DNA of 64,000 nucleotides from Myxococcota bacterium (GTDB lineage Bacteria > Myxococcota_A > SURF-8): the NCBI GenBank assembly GCA_965140415.1, contig OZ223209.1:3104001-3168000 (forward strand), given 5' to 3'. Both the position numbers and the translations under genes were made by a program. Under the pieces are notes generated by a model that was not told where the DNA came from, searched no databases, and worked only from the letters and a program-made list of their open reading frames with translations. Shown in pieces: positions 46,049 to 56,043 of the stretch (position 1 is the first letter of the stretch; every line of letters begins with the position of its first letter).

Positions 46049-46426
46049 GTGACACATCGAATTCTTGTTATTGACGACGACGAACTGGTCTTGATTTCCA
46101 TGGAGGAACTGCTCAAAGCAAGCGGTTTCGACGTTGTTATGGCACATAACGGACAAGAGGGTCTCACTCTTGCAGAGCAGAGCACATTTGATATTGTCGT
46201 AACCGACATGATTATGCCTGGTATCTCCGGGCTGGATGTTGTCCGCTCCTTGCGGAAAATGGAAAAATATCAAAGTACCCCCATTGTAATGCTTACGGCA
46301 AAAAGCGAAAGCAAAGACCGTGAAAACGGAAAAGAAGCCGGGGTCGATGAGTTCCTTGGCAAGCCCATGGATCCTTTCAAGCTTCTGGAGATTATCAAGG
46401 AAATATCGGGCAAGTTGTCATCGTAA
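46049..46426 (+). CDS. Single-domain response regulator (receiver)
   Basis: GTG start with GGGAG RBS; VIDDD, TDMIMP, MLTA, KP. Confidence 0.93.
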   Translation: MTHRILVIDDDELVLISMEELLKASGFDVVMAHNGQEGLTLAEQSTFDIVVTDMIMPGISGLDVVRSLRKMEKYQSTPIVMLTAKSESKDRENGKEAGVDEFLGKPMDPFKLLEIIKEISGKLSS

Positions 46427-46642
46427 ACGAACTGGCTTGTGGCCTCCATGAAAAGCCAGGTTAAACACTCATAATGTGATTTGTATTGAGCGAGTCCGAT
46501 TTTTTCTTTTCAAATCCCGCTCAGTAACGGTAGTCTAAGAAACGATTTTCATAGAAACATCGGGTGAGACGATCACGGTTGAGTAGTACCGTCACCTAGT
46601 CTGACCGTTTTATCCTTTTGCAACGGGAAAGGAATGGTTTTC

Positions 46643-48382
46643 ATGATTCAGGTTGAAAAGCGCAATGGAGTTCCTCAATGTGATTTGAAACTTTACGACG
46701 AACACTACCATGACCGGCATATCCTGCATGCCCTGGTTTCCAAGTGGGCAAAGGAAAAACCGGATGAAATTGCCTTCATCAATGCGGACACCAAGGATCA
46801 AATCAGTTGGGCTCGTTTCGAGCAAACGACCACTGCCCTTGCGCTGAAATTGATCGATCTGGGATTTACTCGCGGGGATTATTTCGCCACTTCCCTTCCC
46901 TTGCTTACAGAACATGTCTTTTTGGAATACGCCTGCTTCAAAATCGGCGTAATTTTCGTCCCGTTGGATCTACGTTTGAAAGGCCCGGAAGTAATCCGTT
47001 CGCTTTCATTGGTTCGCCCCAAAGGTTTTGGATTTCTTGGAAATACTCCACATGCGGATTTCAGAGAACTCGGCAAGGCGGTGCAGGCCAATTGCCCCTT
47101 CGTCGAACACCTGATTCAATTCTCCGCACCGGAGGAAACCATCGAGGGTGCAACCAATGCCTTCGTTCTTGCTGCCGAAGCCAAAGCGCTGGCTGAAAAT
47201 GCCATGAAAGATCCGGGAACTTCTCCGCAACTCAAAACGATGATGGAGTTGGGTTCGCAGATACAGGAAAACGACGGCTGCCTGGTCATTTTTACAACCG
47301 GTTCGACAGGCTATCCCAAACCGGCGCTGCTTAGCCATCGCAACATCACCTGCCAGAACATGTGCCTGTCACATGCATTCGATATCGATAGCGGAGACCG
47401 TATGCTGGTCAACCTGCCGCCGTCTCATGTGGGCTGTCAGACGGAACAGATGATGACCGTTTTCTTCTCTGGCGGAACGGCTGTGATTCTGCACATTTTC
47501 GACCCGGAAAAAACATTGCAGGCCATCCAGGATTACAACGTCACCTGCTTCGGTCAGATTCCTGCCCTGTTTAACCTGGAATGGCGCCTGCCGAACTATG
47601 GTGAATACAACCTGTCGAGTTTGAAGTTCGCCTTGTATGGCGGTCAGCAGGTCAGTCGACAGTTCCTCGAAAAACTCAGCAGCATGTCTCCCTGTTTCGG
47701 TACGGGCTTGGGACTGACGGAAACCGGCGGATTCTGCACCTTCTCGCCTTTGGATGGAACCGTAGATGACATCCTGGCGGGAGTCGGCTACGACATGCCT
47801 GTCTATCCGATTTCCATCCGAGATGAAATCAAAAGTAACGGTGAAGCCGGTGCTGAAAAGGCAACAGGTGAAATCGGCAGTATTTGTTTTTCAGGACCGC
47901 AAACTTTCATCGGTTATGTCAACGATCCGGAATCGACGGCAAAAACCATTTCCACGGACGGCTACTTGTACACCGGCGACTTGGGTTTTGTAGATGAGAC
48001 CGGGCTACATTTTGCCGGTCGCGAGAAACACGTAATAAAACCCAAGGGATATCAGGTGTTCCCGGCTCAAGTCGAAGACCATTTCTGTGAATTGAAGGAG
48101 AAAGTCGCCCAGGCCGGAGCGGTGGGCGTCACTCATGAAATTTTTAGTGAAGGGATCGTTTGCTTTGTAGAAAAGAAGCCGGAAATCGAATTGACGAAGG
48201 AAGAACTTGTCGCCCACGCCAAAGGGTTGGCTGCATATATGCGCCCGTTGCATTACGTTATAATCGAATCCGGGGAATTTCCTTTAAATCGAGTTTCAAA
48301 AACGGATTACGTGCTTCTAAAGCAAATGGCCGAGGAACAGGTCGCACAGCTTCGCAAAGCAGGTGGCTGGGACGCAGAATAG
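46643..48382 (+). CDS. Acyl-CoA synthetase / AMP-dependent ligase
   Basis: IFTTGSTGYPK, GLTETGG, TGDLG, GREK; A10 lysine in PLNRVSK. Confidence 0.9.
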   Translation: MIQVEKRNGVPQCDLKLYDEHYHDRHILHALVSKWAKEKPDEIAFINADTKDQISWARFEQTTTALALKLIDLGFTRGDYFATSLPLLTEHVFLEYACFKIGVIFVPLDLRLKGPEVIRSLSLVRPKGFGFLGNTPHADFRELGKAVQANCPFVEHLIQFSAPEETIEGATNAFVLAAEAKALAENAMKDPGTSPQLKTMMELGSQIQENDGCLVIFTTGSTGYPKPALLSHRNITCQNMCLSHAFDIDSGDRMLVNLPPSHVGCQTEQMMTVFFSGGTAVILHIFDPEKTLQAIQDYNVTCFGQIPALFNLEWRLPNYGEYNLSSLKFALYGGQQVSRQFLEKLSSMSPCFGTGLGLTETGGFCTFSPLDGTVDDILAGVGYDMPVYPISIRDEIKSNGEAGAEKATGEIGSICFSGPQTFIGYVNDPESTAKTISTDGYLYTGDLGFVDETGLHFAGREKHVIKPKGYQVFPAQVEDHFCELKEKVAQAGAVGVTHEIFSEGIVCFVEKKPEIELTKEELVAHAKGLAAYMRPLHYVIIESGEFPLNRVSKTDYVLLKQMAEEQVAQLRKAGGWDAE

Positions 48383-48391
48383 CTTATAAAA

Positions 48392-49261
48392 ATGCAACTG
48401 GATTCCAAGATTGTCGGAACGCCGATTAAAGGGCTTCGCAAAACGGTTGATTGGCGGGAAACGACTTCCTACGCGGCCGGGGTGGGAGACGAAAACCCTC
48501 GCTATCTGGATGATACGATTCCGGATGGCTTGGTTGCCCCTCCCCTGTTTGCGGTCGCGCTTAGCTGGCCGATTGTAACGGATCTCGCCAATCAGTTGGG
48601 AGATGCAATCCCACCGGAAACCTTGACCGGCATGGTGCACAAAAGCGAACGGCTTGTGTTTCACCGTCCAATCCGTCCAGGAGATACCGTCACCCTATCC
48701 GGCCAGGTGTCGGCGATTTCTCCTCACCGGGCGGGTACGTACATCGCGTTGCAATTGCAGGCCAGTAATCAACAGCAGCAGCCACTATTCACGGAAACGA
48801 TGGGTGCCCTGCTTCGAGGCGTTTCTTGTCTTGGGAAAGAGCGTTTCATGCCGAATTTTGCTCCAATAAAGACCCCTGACTTTTCGGAATCTCCTTCGTG
48901 GGAAAATGAATGGCAAATCCCACGAACGTTGCCGTTCGTGTACGACGCTTGCAGTGACATCACCTTTCCAATCCATACCTCGAAAGGCTTTGCAAAAGCC
49001 GTTGGCTTGCCGGACATTCTGCTTCAGGGGACGGCCACTCTTGCGCTTTGCAGCAAGGAGCTGATTGACAAACTAGGTAAGGGACAACCGGAAAACTTAC
49101 TGGAAATCAGTTGTGAATTCAAACAGATGATTGTTCCTGGTGGCTCAATTGCATTTCAGGCGATTGTCACGCATGATACCCAGAAGAAAAAAACGATTGC
49201 ATTTAAAGTGCTGAATTCTCAGCATCAAATCGCCCTGCTTGGCCAGGCGATAATGATGTAA
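48392..49261 (+). CDS. Double-hotdog MaoC-like (de)hydratase
   Basis: YAAGVGDENP, MVHKSERLVFHRPIRPGD, FPIH..FAKAVGLPDILLQG. Confidence 0.8.
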   Translation: MQLDSKIVGTPIKGLRKTVDWRETTSYAAGVGDENPRYLDDTIPDGLVAPPLFAVALSWPIVTDLANQLGDAIPPETLTGMVHKSERLVFHRPIRPGDTVTLSGQVSAISPHRAGTYIALQLQASNQQQQPLFTETMGALLRGVSCLGKERFMPNFAPIKTPDFSESPSWENEWQIPRTLPFVYDACSDITFPIHTSKGFAKAVGLPDILLQGTATLALCSKELIDKLGKGQPENLLEISCEFKQMIVPGGSIAFQAIVTHDTQKKKTIAFKVLNSQHQIALLGQAIMM

Positions 49262-49345
49262 AATTTGGGTTGGAATATTCGCTGCCCTGTATGGGTTATT
49301 TACTTGTAGTCCGATAATAGGATCGAGTTAAATATAGCGAAAGCA

Positions 49346-49374
49346 TTGACCGCATTCCCGCTTTTTGCTAGTCT
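49346..49374 (+). promoter_or_regulatory. Sigma70-type promoter of the exbB-exbD-like pair
   Basis: TTGACC-N17-TAGTCT with extended TG. Confidence 0.55.
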
Positions 49375-49461
49375 TTCGCGTCGTATACGCATTTCTACTC
49401 GATACCGAGGGGGTAGAACTCGAATCCTCGGCTGAGTGGCATAGAAACCTAGAGGTATAAA

Positions 49462-50112
49462 ATGGTTGAGCGCTTATTGAGTATTGCCCTTGTTGGCGGA
49501 GAACCGATCCTATACATTCTCATTTTCATGAGTTTCCTTTCCATTGCGGTTGTAATCGAACGCCTGGTATTTTACATCCGAAACCAAATCGATTTGGCAG
49601 ATTTTTCCAGCCGGTTGATTGACCTTCTGAATACGAAAGGCTCAAAAGCAGCCTTGGAACTGGCGGAGAGCACAAGAGGCGTCGAGGCCTCGGTTGCCCG
49701 TGAAGGTTTGCAGAACTTCGACAAGGGCGAAAAAGTCATGACGGAGTTGATGGAATCGATGGCGCTGAAACAGCAACTGAACCTGGATCGCTGGTTGACG
49801 ATTTTAGGCACGGTCGGTTCCAATGCACCATTTATCGGATTGTTGGGAACGGTTCTGGGAATTATCAAAGCCTTTCACGATCTGGCCTTCGATACGCAAG
49901 GAGGACCTTCCGTCGTAATGGCGGGTATAGCCGAAGCATTGGTGGCGACCGCCGTCGGTCTGCTGGTTGCGATTCCGGCAGTCATCTTTTTCAACTATTT
50001 CAAGAATCGCCAAAAGCGCATTATGGGCAACGCTGCTCAGATACAGCGTGTGTTGCTTGCATTCGTCGCCGAAACGAATCATTCCGGTGCTGCAAATTCG
50101 GACAAGCAGTAG
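49462..50112 (+). CDS. MotA/TolQ/ExbB proton-channel protein
   Basis: LGTVGSNAPFIGLLGTVLGIIKAF, GIAEALVATAVGLLVAIPA. Confidence 0.93.
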   Translation: MVERLLSIALVGGEPILYILIFMSFLSIAVVIERLVFYIRNQIDLADFSSRLIDLLNTKGSKAALELAESTRGVEASVAREGLQNFDKGEKVMTELMESMALKQQLNLDRWLTILGTVGSNAPFIGLLGTVLGIIKAFHDLAFDTQGGPSVVMAGIAEALVATAVGLLVAIPAVIFFNYFKNRQKRIMGNAAQIQRVLLAFVAETNHSGAANSDKQ

Positions 50113-50121
50113 GAGTCGGGC

Positions 50122-50649
50122 ATGGCAGGCGGTATTCAAAATCAGGACGACATCCTCTCGGAAATCAACGTTGTTCCTTTGGTCGACATCGTTCTGGTGC
50201 TGTTGATTATCTTCATGGTGACGGCGCAGTTCATCGTCAAACCGGCAATCGATATGGAACTGCCCAAAGCCGACACAGGAGAGCGCAAGGAACGGAACCA
50301 GTTTTCTTTGCTGCTGGGTAAAGATGGCTCTATTGCGATCGGTGAACGCAAAATCGAACAGGATGATGTCCGCGATGAATTTCAGCGTCTCTTCGATAAT
50401 TTCATCACCGAGAGAAAAACGAATTTGGAAGAAACAGGAGCCGTTCCTACTAACTCCCAGTTGGAAGACATGGCCAGAAATGAATTGACGATGGTCATTC
50501 AGGCCGATACGGAAGTCACACATGGTCGTGTTATTTATTTTATCGACGTTGCCCGGCAGATTGGAATCTTGAAATACGCCTTCAATGTGGACCCGGAAGC
50601 GGCAAAAGAAGAAGCCGCCCGGTCCGCAGATCCGGATAAAGAAAACTGA
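50122..50649 (+). CDS. ExbD/TolR family protein
   Basis: EINVVPLVDIVLVLLIIFMVT; IQAD...HGRV. Confidence 0.92.
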   Translation: MAGGIQNQDDILSEINVVPLVDIVLVLLIIFMVTAQFIVKPAIDMELPKADTGERKERNQFSLLLGKDGSIAIGERKIEQDDVRDEFQRLFDNFITERKTNLEETGAVPTNSQLEDMARNELTMVIQADTEVTHGRVIYFIDVARQIGILKYAFNVDPEAAKEEAARSADPDKEN

Positions 50650-50733
50650 TACCCACGATTTTTCCGCACATCTTGTTATCGATGCTTTCTGTAACGATAT
50701 TAGATCGATGCGCAACGCAATGAAAGGGTTCCC

Positions 50734-51465
50734 ATGAACGTGATTAAGAAGACAACGACATTGACTCTATTTGCCATTCTAATGCTGTTCGCAATTTCTG
50801 CCTGGGCGGATACCGTAATGGAACAAAAAGAAACGGTCTATGTGGATGGTCAGGAAAAAGCAAACATGAAAACCGTTATGACCTACGGTGAAGGCTACAT
50901 GCGCTCGGATACTCCGAAAATGAACGCTTCGATGATCATGAATTTCAAAGCGGATAAGGTTTATATGATCCAGCATGCCAACAAGGGTTACATCGAAGCT
51001 CCGATTTCCATGCTCATGGGCATGGCCGACTCGAAAGAGAAATCGGCTCCTAAAGCAGCTGCTACCCCTGCCTTTAAAAAAACGGGGAAGAAAGAAAAAA
51101 TCAACGGTTTTGCCTGCGAGCAGTTATTGGTCACCTCTTCCGATGGCGCGTCAATGGAAGTATGGGTTACCAAAGCGATCAACAACAAAAAGATCACGGA
51201 AGTTTACAAGAAACTGATGAAATTTGGTGCAACTCAGAATCCGCAGGCATCGGAACGCAGCAAAAGCATGGAAGAAGTTCTAAACAGTGGATTTCCGATC
51301 CGCACGGTTGAAACGCGCGGCAACCAGAAGCACATCATGGAAGTGACCGCCGTTAAAGAGAAAAAGAGCAATCCTGCAACCGCTCTGCCTCCCAAAGGCT
51401 ATTCTCCCATGTCGCCCCAGCAGATGTTCCAGGCTCCGGGTGGTGCAGCTCCGGTCGCGCCATAA
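50734..51465 (+). CDS. Secreted DUF4412-like protein
   Basis: Signal peptide (AWA-D); KTGKKEKINGFAC..., EVWVT, GFPIR pattern. Confidence 0.65.
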   Translation: MNVIKKTTTLTLFAILMLFAISAWADTVMEQKETVYVDGQEKANMKTVMTYGEGYMRSDTPKMNASMIMNFKADKVYMIQHANKGYIEAPISMLMGMADSKEKSAPKAAATPAFKKTGKKEKINGFACEQLLVTSSDGASMEVWVTKAINNKKITEVYKKLMKFGATQNPQASERSKSMEEVLNSGFPIRTVETRGNQKHIMEVTAVKEKKSNPATALPPKGYSPMSPQQMFQAPGGAAPVAP

Positions 51466-51489
51466 ATAAGTTTTTATCGAATCGAAAAG

Positions 51490-51521
51490 AAAAACGCCGG
51501 AGGAAACTTCCGGCGTTTTTT
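51490..51521. terminator. Bidirectional intrinsic terminator
   Basis: AAAAACGCCGGA...TCCGGCGTTTTTT between convergent genes. Confidence 0.85.
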
Positions 51522-51568
51522 CAATTTATGGTGAATCTTGCAACGATTAAGAAACAAGAAATTTCGAA

Positions 51569-52102
51569 CTACGTTTCAAAAGAAACGCCTAAAGCCAGTA
51601 CAACGCGTGAATGGGAATCCGCCGTTCCGGCTGTAACGGCAATTTCCAGAATGATCTCATCGGAGAAACCTGAAGCATGCAGATCTTTTACATCTTTGTC
51701 CGAGATGGCAAACGGCGAGCGAACGATCTTCTCGACAAAGCACAGGATCTCTTTTTGCTCGTCACTGATCGGCGCCCGATGGAAGTCATCGGAGATCGCC
51801 GTGATTACGTCACTCTCCACCCCTAGCTGTCTAAGAATCAAACTCTGCCAGGCATAGCAGTAGTGGCAATGATTTAATCGATACACAAGCAGCGCGATAA
51901 GATTTTTCATCTTAGGATCCAGTGCAGACTCCCGCTCGAATGCAAGCGTGTGCACTTTATCCATTGCCTCTAAATATTCTGGCCATAATGCATAAGTACG
52001 ATGAGCGTTGGGAATCAGACCGAACTTCTTTTTCAGTCTCTCAAACAACCCTTTTATACCTGCATGCTCCAGATCCGTCGATGCAGTACGAATTCTTGAC
52101 AT
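51569..52102 (-). CDS. AhpD/carboxymuconolactone-decarboxylase-like peroxidase-related protein
   Basis: FGLIPN, LNHCHYC, GFSDEIILEI. Confidence 0.8.
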   Translation of the reverse strand: MSRIRTASTDLEHAGIKGLFERLKKKFGLIPNAHRTYALWPEYLEAMDKVHTLAFERESALDPKMKNLIALLVYRLNHCHYCYAWQSLILRQLGVESDVITAISDDFHRAPISDEQKEILCFVEKIVRSPFAISDKDVKDLHASGFSDEIILEIAVTAGTADSHSRVVLALGVSFET

Positions 52103-52489
52103 GGTCCCCACGAATTTTCTCGGAACATCCACAGCTTGGTTCGTACAGATTCACCCCTGAACCATTACATTTTGCCTTGTCAAGCTATGGTGCCGAAAGT
52201 TTACAGCCCTGTAGAAAAATCTATCGAATTTCAGAAAAAAGATCAAGTTTTTAGACAACGGATTCCAGTTCATTGCGAAAAATTAATTGTTATCTAATAG
52301 GACGTTGGCTTAACAGTTCATTGTGTATCCATTAGCATTCAGTGCTCTAAATTACAAAAGCAGTATCACTCGCTATTACAATTTGATGGCATTCTCAACT
52401 TGACAGTTCCTTGTGAATCATGTAGGTATTCGTCTGCTTTTGCTAGAGTTTGTAAAATAGTAAAATATCAGCCTCGGGAGACAGGCAAC

Positions 52490-53080
52490 ATGACGATTAC
52501 GAAGCATCCTGTTGAGTTATGGACCAATCCGGATCACAAGGAACGTTTGCTTTCGATTCTAAAGAAGAAATCCTATGTTGAAGGAGAAGTCACACTCGCT
52601 TCCGGGAAAGTAAGTGATTTTTACATCGACTGCCGTCAGAGTTCGTTGGACGCGGAAGGCGCATTCCTTCTTGGACAGATCTTTTATAGTTGGATCGAGC
52701 ACCTCACCTATCAGCCGGATGCAATCGGTGGTATGACGATGGGAGCCGATCCTCTGGTAACGGCCACTTCCGTCAACAGTTTCCTTCAGTCCAATCCCAT
52801 TCCAGGACTTCTGATTCGCAAACAGGCGAAAGATCACGGCATGAACAAGCAGATCGAAGGCATGGGCTGCATCGAACCGGGATCGCGCGTTATTCTGCTT
52901 GAAGATGTCGTTACGACCGGTGGTTCTACCTTGAAAGCAATCAATGCATGCAAGAACGAGAATCTCGTTGTTGAAGATGTCTTCTGTATTGTCGACCGCC
53001 AGGAAGGCGGATGCGAGAACATCAACTCCGAAGGAATCAACCTGACGTCGATCTTCACTCGCAAAGACTTCAAGGGCTGA
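52490..53080 (+). CDS. pyrE: Orotate phosphoribosyltransferase
   Basis: LASGKVSDFYIDCR, IRKQAKDHG, LEDVVTTGGS, VDRQEGG. Confidence 0.95.
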   Translation: MTITKHPVELWTNPDHKERLLSILKKKSYVEGEVTLASGKVSDFYIDCRQSSLDAEGAFLLGQIFYSWIEHLTYQPDAIGGMTMGADPLVTATSVNSFLQSNPIPGLLIRKQAKDHGMNKQIEGMGCIEPGSRVILLEDVVTTGGSTLKAINACKNENLVVEDVFCIVDRQEGGCENINSEGINLTSIFTRKDFKG

Positions 53081-53126
53081 GCTAAAAAGCCCAGCCCTTG
53101 ATATCGCTTCTGCTGTTTTGATTTAT

Positions 53127-54551
53127 TTACAGGATATAGCGGCTCAGATCTTCATTCTCCAACACATCACGCAGGCGATCATCGACATATTGTGGGGTGA
53201 TTCGAATCGTAGCCGGGGACACATCCGGTGCTTCGAACAAGACTTCATCCAGTAAGCGCTCCAGAACGGTATGCAGGCGTCTGGCGCCGATGTTCTCTGC
53301 TGTCTGGTTTACCTGCGCTGCGATTTCTGCGATACGCTCGATTGCATCTTCGGAGAATTCAACAGCGATTCCTTCCGTTGCAAGCAATTCCTTGTATTGC
53401 AGTGTCAATGAATTGTCCGGTTCGGTCAGGATGCGGACGAAGTCTCCCTTGGTCAGCGTGTCCAGTTCAACGCGAATCGGAAAACGTCCCTGCAATTCGG
53501 GAATTAGATCCGAAGGCTTGCTGATGTGGAACGCTCCGGCTGCGATAAAGAGAATATGATCCGTCTTGATCGGACCGTACTTGGTCGCAACCGTGCTGCC
53601 TTCCACGATTGGCAGAATGTCCCGCTGGACGCCTTCACGTGATACATCCGGGCCTTTGCCGCCTTCACGTCCGGCGATTTTGTCCAGTTCGTCCAAAAAG
53701 ATGATGCCATCGTTTTCCGTGCGCGAAAGTGCCTCTTTCTGAACTTTGTCCATGTCGATCAGCTTCACGGCTTCCTGCTGCGTCAACAACTCCAAGGCTT
53801 CTGAAACCTTCATCTTTCGCTTGTGCTTTTTGGAGGGCATGATGTTGCTCAACATGTCTTTCATATGCATGCTGATCTCTTCCATCCCACCCGCTCCGAA
53901 AATCTCGAAAGACGGCATCGAGTTGTGCTCGGTTTCCAGTTCAACCTTGCGATTGTCCAGTTCACCCGCTTTCAGTTTACTGCGGAATTTCTCTCGTGTG
54001 CGTTTGGTTGTTTCTGCCGTATCTTCTTGCGTGGCGGCAACGGTGGCCGACTCTTCTTCAAAGCTGCCAGTAAAATCGAATACTTTATTGGGTTGTACCG
54101 GTTGCGGTGGTGGCGGAGGAACGAGCAGGTCCAGCAATCGTTCTTCTGCATTTCTGTGCGCCTTGTCCAGCACACCGGCCTCTTCTTCTTTACGAACCAG
54201 TTGCACTGCCGACTCCACCAGGTCGCGAACCATCGAATCGACGTCGCGCCCGACATAGCCTACTTCCGTAAATTTCGAGGCTTCCACCTTGATGAACGGT
54301 GCCTGAGCCAGCTTGGCCAAACGCCTGGCAATTTCGGTTTTTCCAACTCCGGTAGAACCGATCATAATGATATTCTTTGGAAAAATATCATCCTGTAACG
54401 GCTGTGCAACCTGACGCCGTCGCCAGCGATTGCGCAAAGCGATGGCAACGGCGCGCTTGGCTTTGGATTGACCGATAATGTATTTATCCAGTTCCGCCAC
54501 GATTTCACGCGGGGTCTGCGAATGCGAAGTGTTGGGTATGGCGGGAATCAT
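53127..54551 (-). CDS. hslU: ATP-dependent protease ATPase subunit
   Basis: [39 protein letters not shown]. Confidence 0.97.
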   Translation of the reverse strand: MIPAIPNTSHSQTPREIVAELDKYIIGQSKAKRAVAIALRNRWRRRQVAQPLQDDIFPKNIIMIGSTGVGKTEIARRLAKLAQAPFIKVEASKFTEVGYVGRDVDSMVRDLVESAVQLVRKEEEAGVLDKAHRNAEERLLDLLVPPPPPQPVQPNKVFDFTGSFEEESATVAATQEDTAETTKRTREKFRSKLKAGELDNRKVELETEHNSMPSFEIFGAGGMEEISMHMKDMLSNIMPSKKHKRKMKVSEALELLTQQEAVKLIDMDKVQKEALSRTENDGIIFLDELDKIAGREGGKGPDVSREGVQRDILPIVEGSTVATKYGPIKTDHILFIAAGAFHISKPSDLIPELQGRFPIRVELDTLTKGDFVRILTEPDNSLTLQYKELLATEGIAVEFSEDAIERIAEIAAQVNQTAENIGARRLHTVLERLLDEVLFEAPDVSPATIRITPQYVDDRLRDVLENEDLSRYIL

Positions 54552-55081
54552 TCTTCAATCTCCTCGAAATGAATGTTCGAATTGGTGAATACGCAGATCG
54601 TCGATGCGATTTTCAAGGCCTTTTCGGCAATTTCCCGGGGATCCAGATCGGTATTCTGAGCGAGCGCCAATGCCGCCGCATAGGCATAGTTGCCTCCCGA
54701 ACCGATTGCGCTGACGCCTTCATCCGGTTCAACCACATCGCCGGTGCCGGTAAGCAGGAAGGTTTTCTCCTTGTTGGCGATCAGCAATAAAGCTTCCAGT
54801 CTACGCAGGTATTTATCCATGCGCCAGTCCTTGGCCAGTTCCACCGCTGCGCGTGTGATGTTGCTGTTGTATTCTTTCAGTTTCTTCTCGAAGCGTTCGT
54901 AAAGTGTAAACGCATCCGCCGTGCTGCCGGCGAATCCGGCAATGACACCGTGTTCCCCAATCGTACGAACTTTGACAGCGCCGTGTTTCAATACGGTGTT
55001 TCCCATACTGACCTGACCGTCCCCGGCCATTACGACTTTTCCGCCTTTTCGAACGCAGAGTATGGTCGTTCCGTCAAACAT
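54548..55081 (-). CDS. hslV: ATP-dependent protease peptidase subunit
   Basis: [24 protein letters not shown]. Confidence 0.97.
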   Translation of the reverse strand: MFDGTTILCVRKGGKVVMAGDGQVSMGNTVLKHGAVKVRTIGEHGVIAGFAGSTADAFTLYERFEKKLKEYNSNITRAAVELAKDWRMDKYLRRLEALLLIANKEKTFLLTGTGDVVEPDEGVSAIGSGGNYAYAAALALAQNTDLDPREIAEKALKIASTICVFTNSNIHFEEIEE

Positions 55082-55134
55082 TACAATCCTATCCTTTCCT
55101 TTGTTTCGCCTAAAAGGCGAAAAATCGCCCTCCC

Positions 55135-56043
55135 CTACACGTCTTTTGCACGGGGGTGGGCACGGTCATAAACCTGCATCAAATGATCGAGACTGACATG
55201 AGTGTATTTCTGGGTAGTTCGCAACGATTGATGTCCCAGCAATTCCTGAATCGTGCGCAAGTCCGCACCGCCGTCCAACAGATGCGTAGCAAAAGTATGG
55301 CGCAATACATGCGGACCGATTTTCCTTCCATGTCCCAATCTCAGCATCGTCTGATCGATCATGTGCGCCACTCCACGCCGGGTCAATCGCCCTCCACGAT
55401 AGTTTAGAAACAATGCCTCCGGGCAAGCCCAGCGCGGATGATCTTTTAAAAGTTTGCTTCGTAATGGAAGATATCCGAGTAAGGTTTTCATTGCGGTTTC
55501 CGAAATGGGCACCACGCGCTGCTTGTTTCCTTTACCTTGTACGCGAACCTCTTGCCGTTCTGTGGAAATATCCTGCAAATTCATACCTACCAACTCGGAT
55601 ACACGCAAACCGCACGCATACAGCAATTCCCAGATCGCCCGGTCCCGTAAGCCCAGTTTTTCCTCGTTGAATGCGCCATCCAATAACGTAAAGATTTCGT
55701 CCACCGTAAAAACCGTGGGCATATGGCGTTCTTTTTTCGGCAGTTCGATCTGCTCGGCAGGATTGGCCTCGATTCGTTTTTCCTGCACCAGAAAGCGATA
55801 AAAACTGCGAATGGCGGAAACCTTGCGCTCCAGGCTGGCGGGTTGAATCGCGTCGTAAATTTCCGCCAGGAAATTTCGCAACAGGCTGACATCCGCCCTG
55901 ATGAGATCGGCGCTTTTCCCTTCGACATCGAACAGGTAGTTAGTTAACTGTGTTAAATCGGAGCGGTACGCATCGATGGTATGACCGCTGACACCTCGTT
56001 CAACTTGCAGGTATTGTAGAAAGCGGTCGATGGAATCACTCAT
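55135..56043 (-). CDS. xerC: Tyrosine recombinase XerC
   Basis: [34 protein letters not shown]; upstream of hslVU. Confidence 0.88.
   Translation of the reverse strand: MSDSIDRFLQYLQVERGVSGHTIDAYRSDLTQLTNYLFDVEGKSADLIRADVSLLRNFLAEIYDAIQPASLERKVSAIRSFYRFLVQEKRIEANPAEQIELPKKERHMPTVFTVDEIFTLLDGAFNEEKLGLRDRAIWELLYACGLRVSELVGMNLQDISTERQEVRVQGKGNKQRVVPISETAMKTLLGYLPLRSKLLKDHPRWACPEALFLNYRGGRLTRRGVAHMIDQTMLRLGHGRKIGPHVLRHTFATHLLDGGADLRTIQELLGHQSLRTTQKYTHVSLDHLMQVYDRAHPRAKDV

Noticed and set aside
49399-49432. tRNA-like 3' fragment on the minus strand (…TTCGAG…CCTCGGTATCG)
   Set aside because: No proper T-stem, CCA end, D-arm or anticodon arm; more likely a 5'-UTR hairpin (CCGAGG/CCTCGG) of the exbB-like gene.
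55135-56043. Tyrosine recombinase as a mobile-element integrase
   Set aside because: Size, motifs and xerC-hslV-hslU context indicate housekeeping XerC; no att sites seen.
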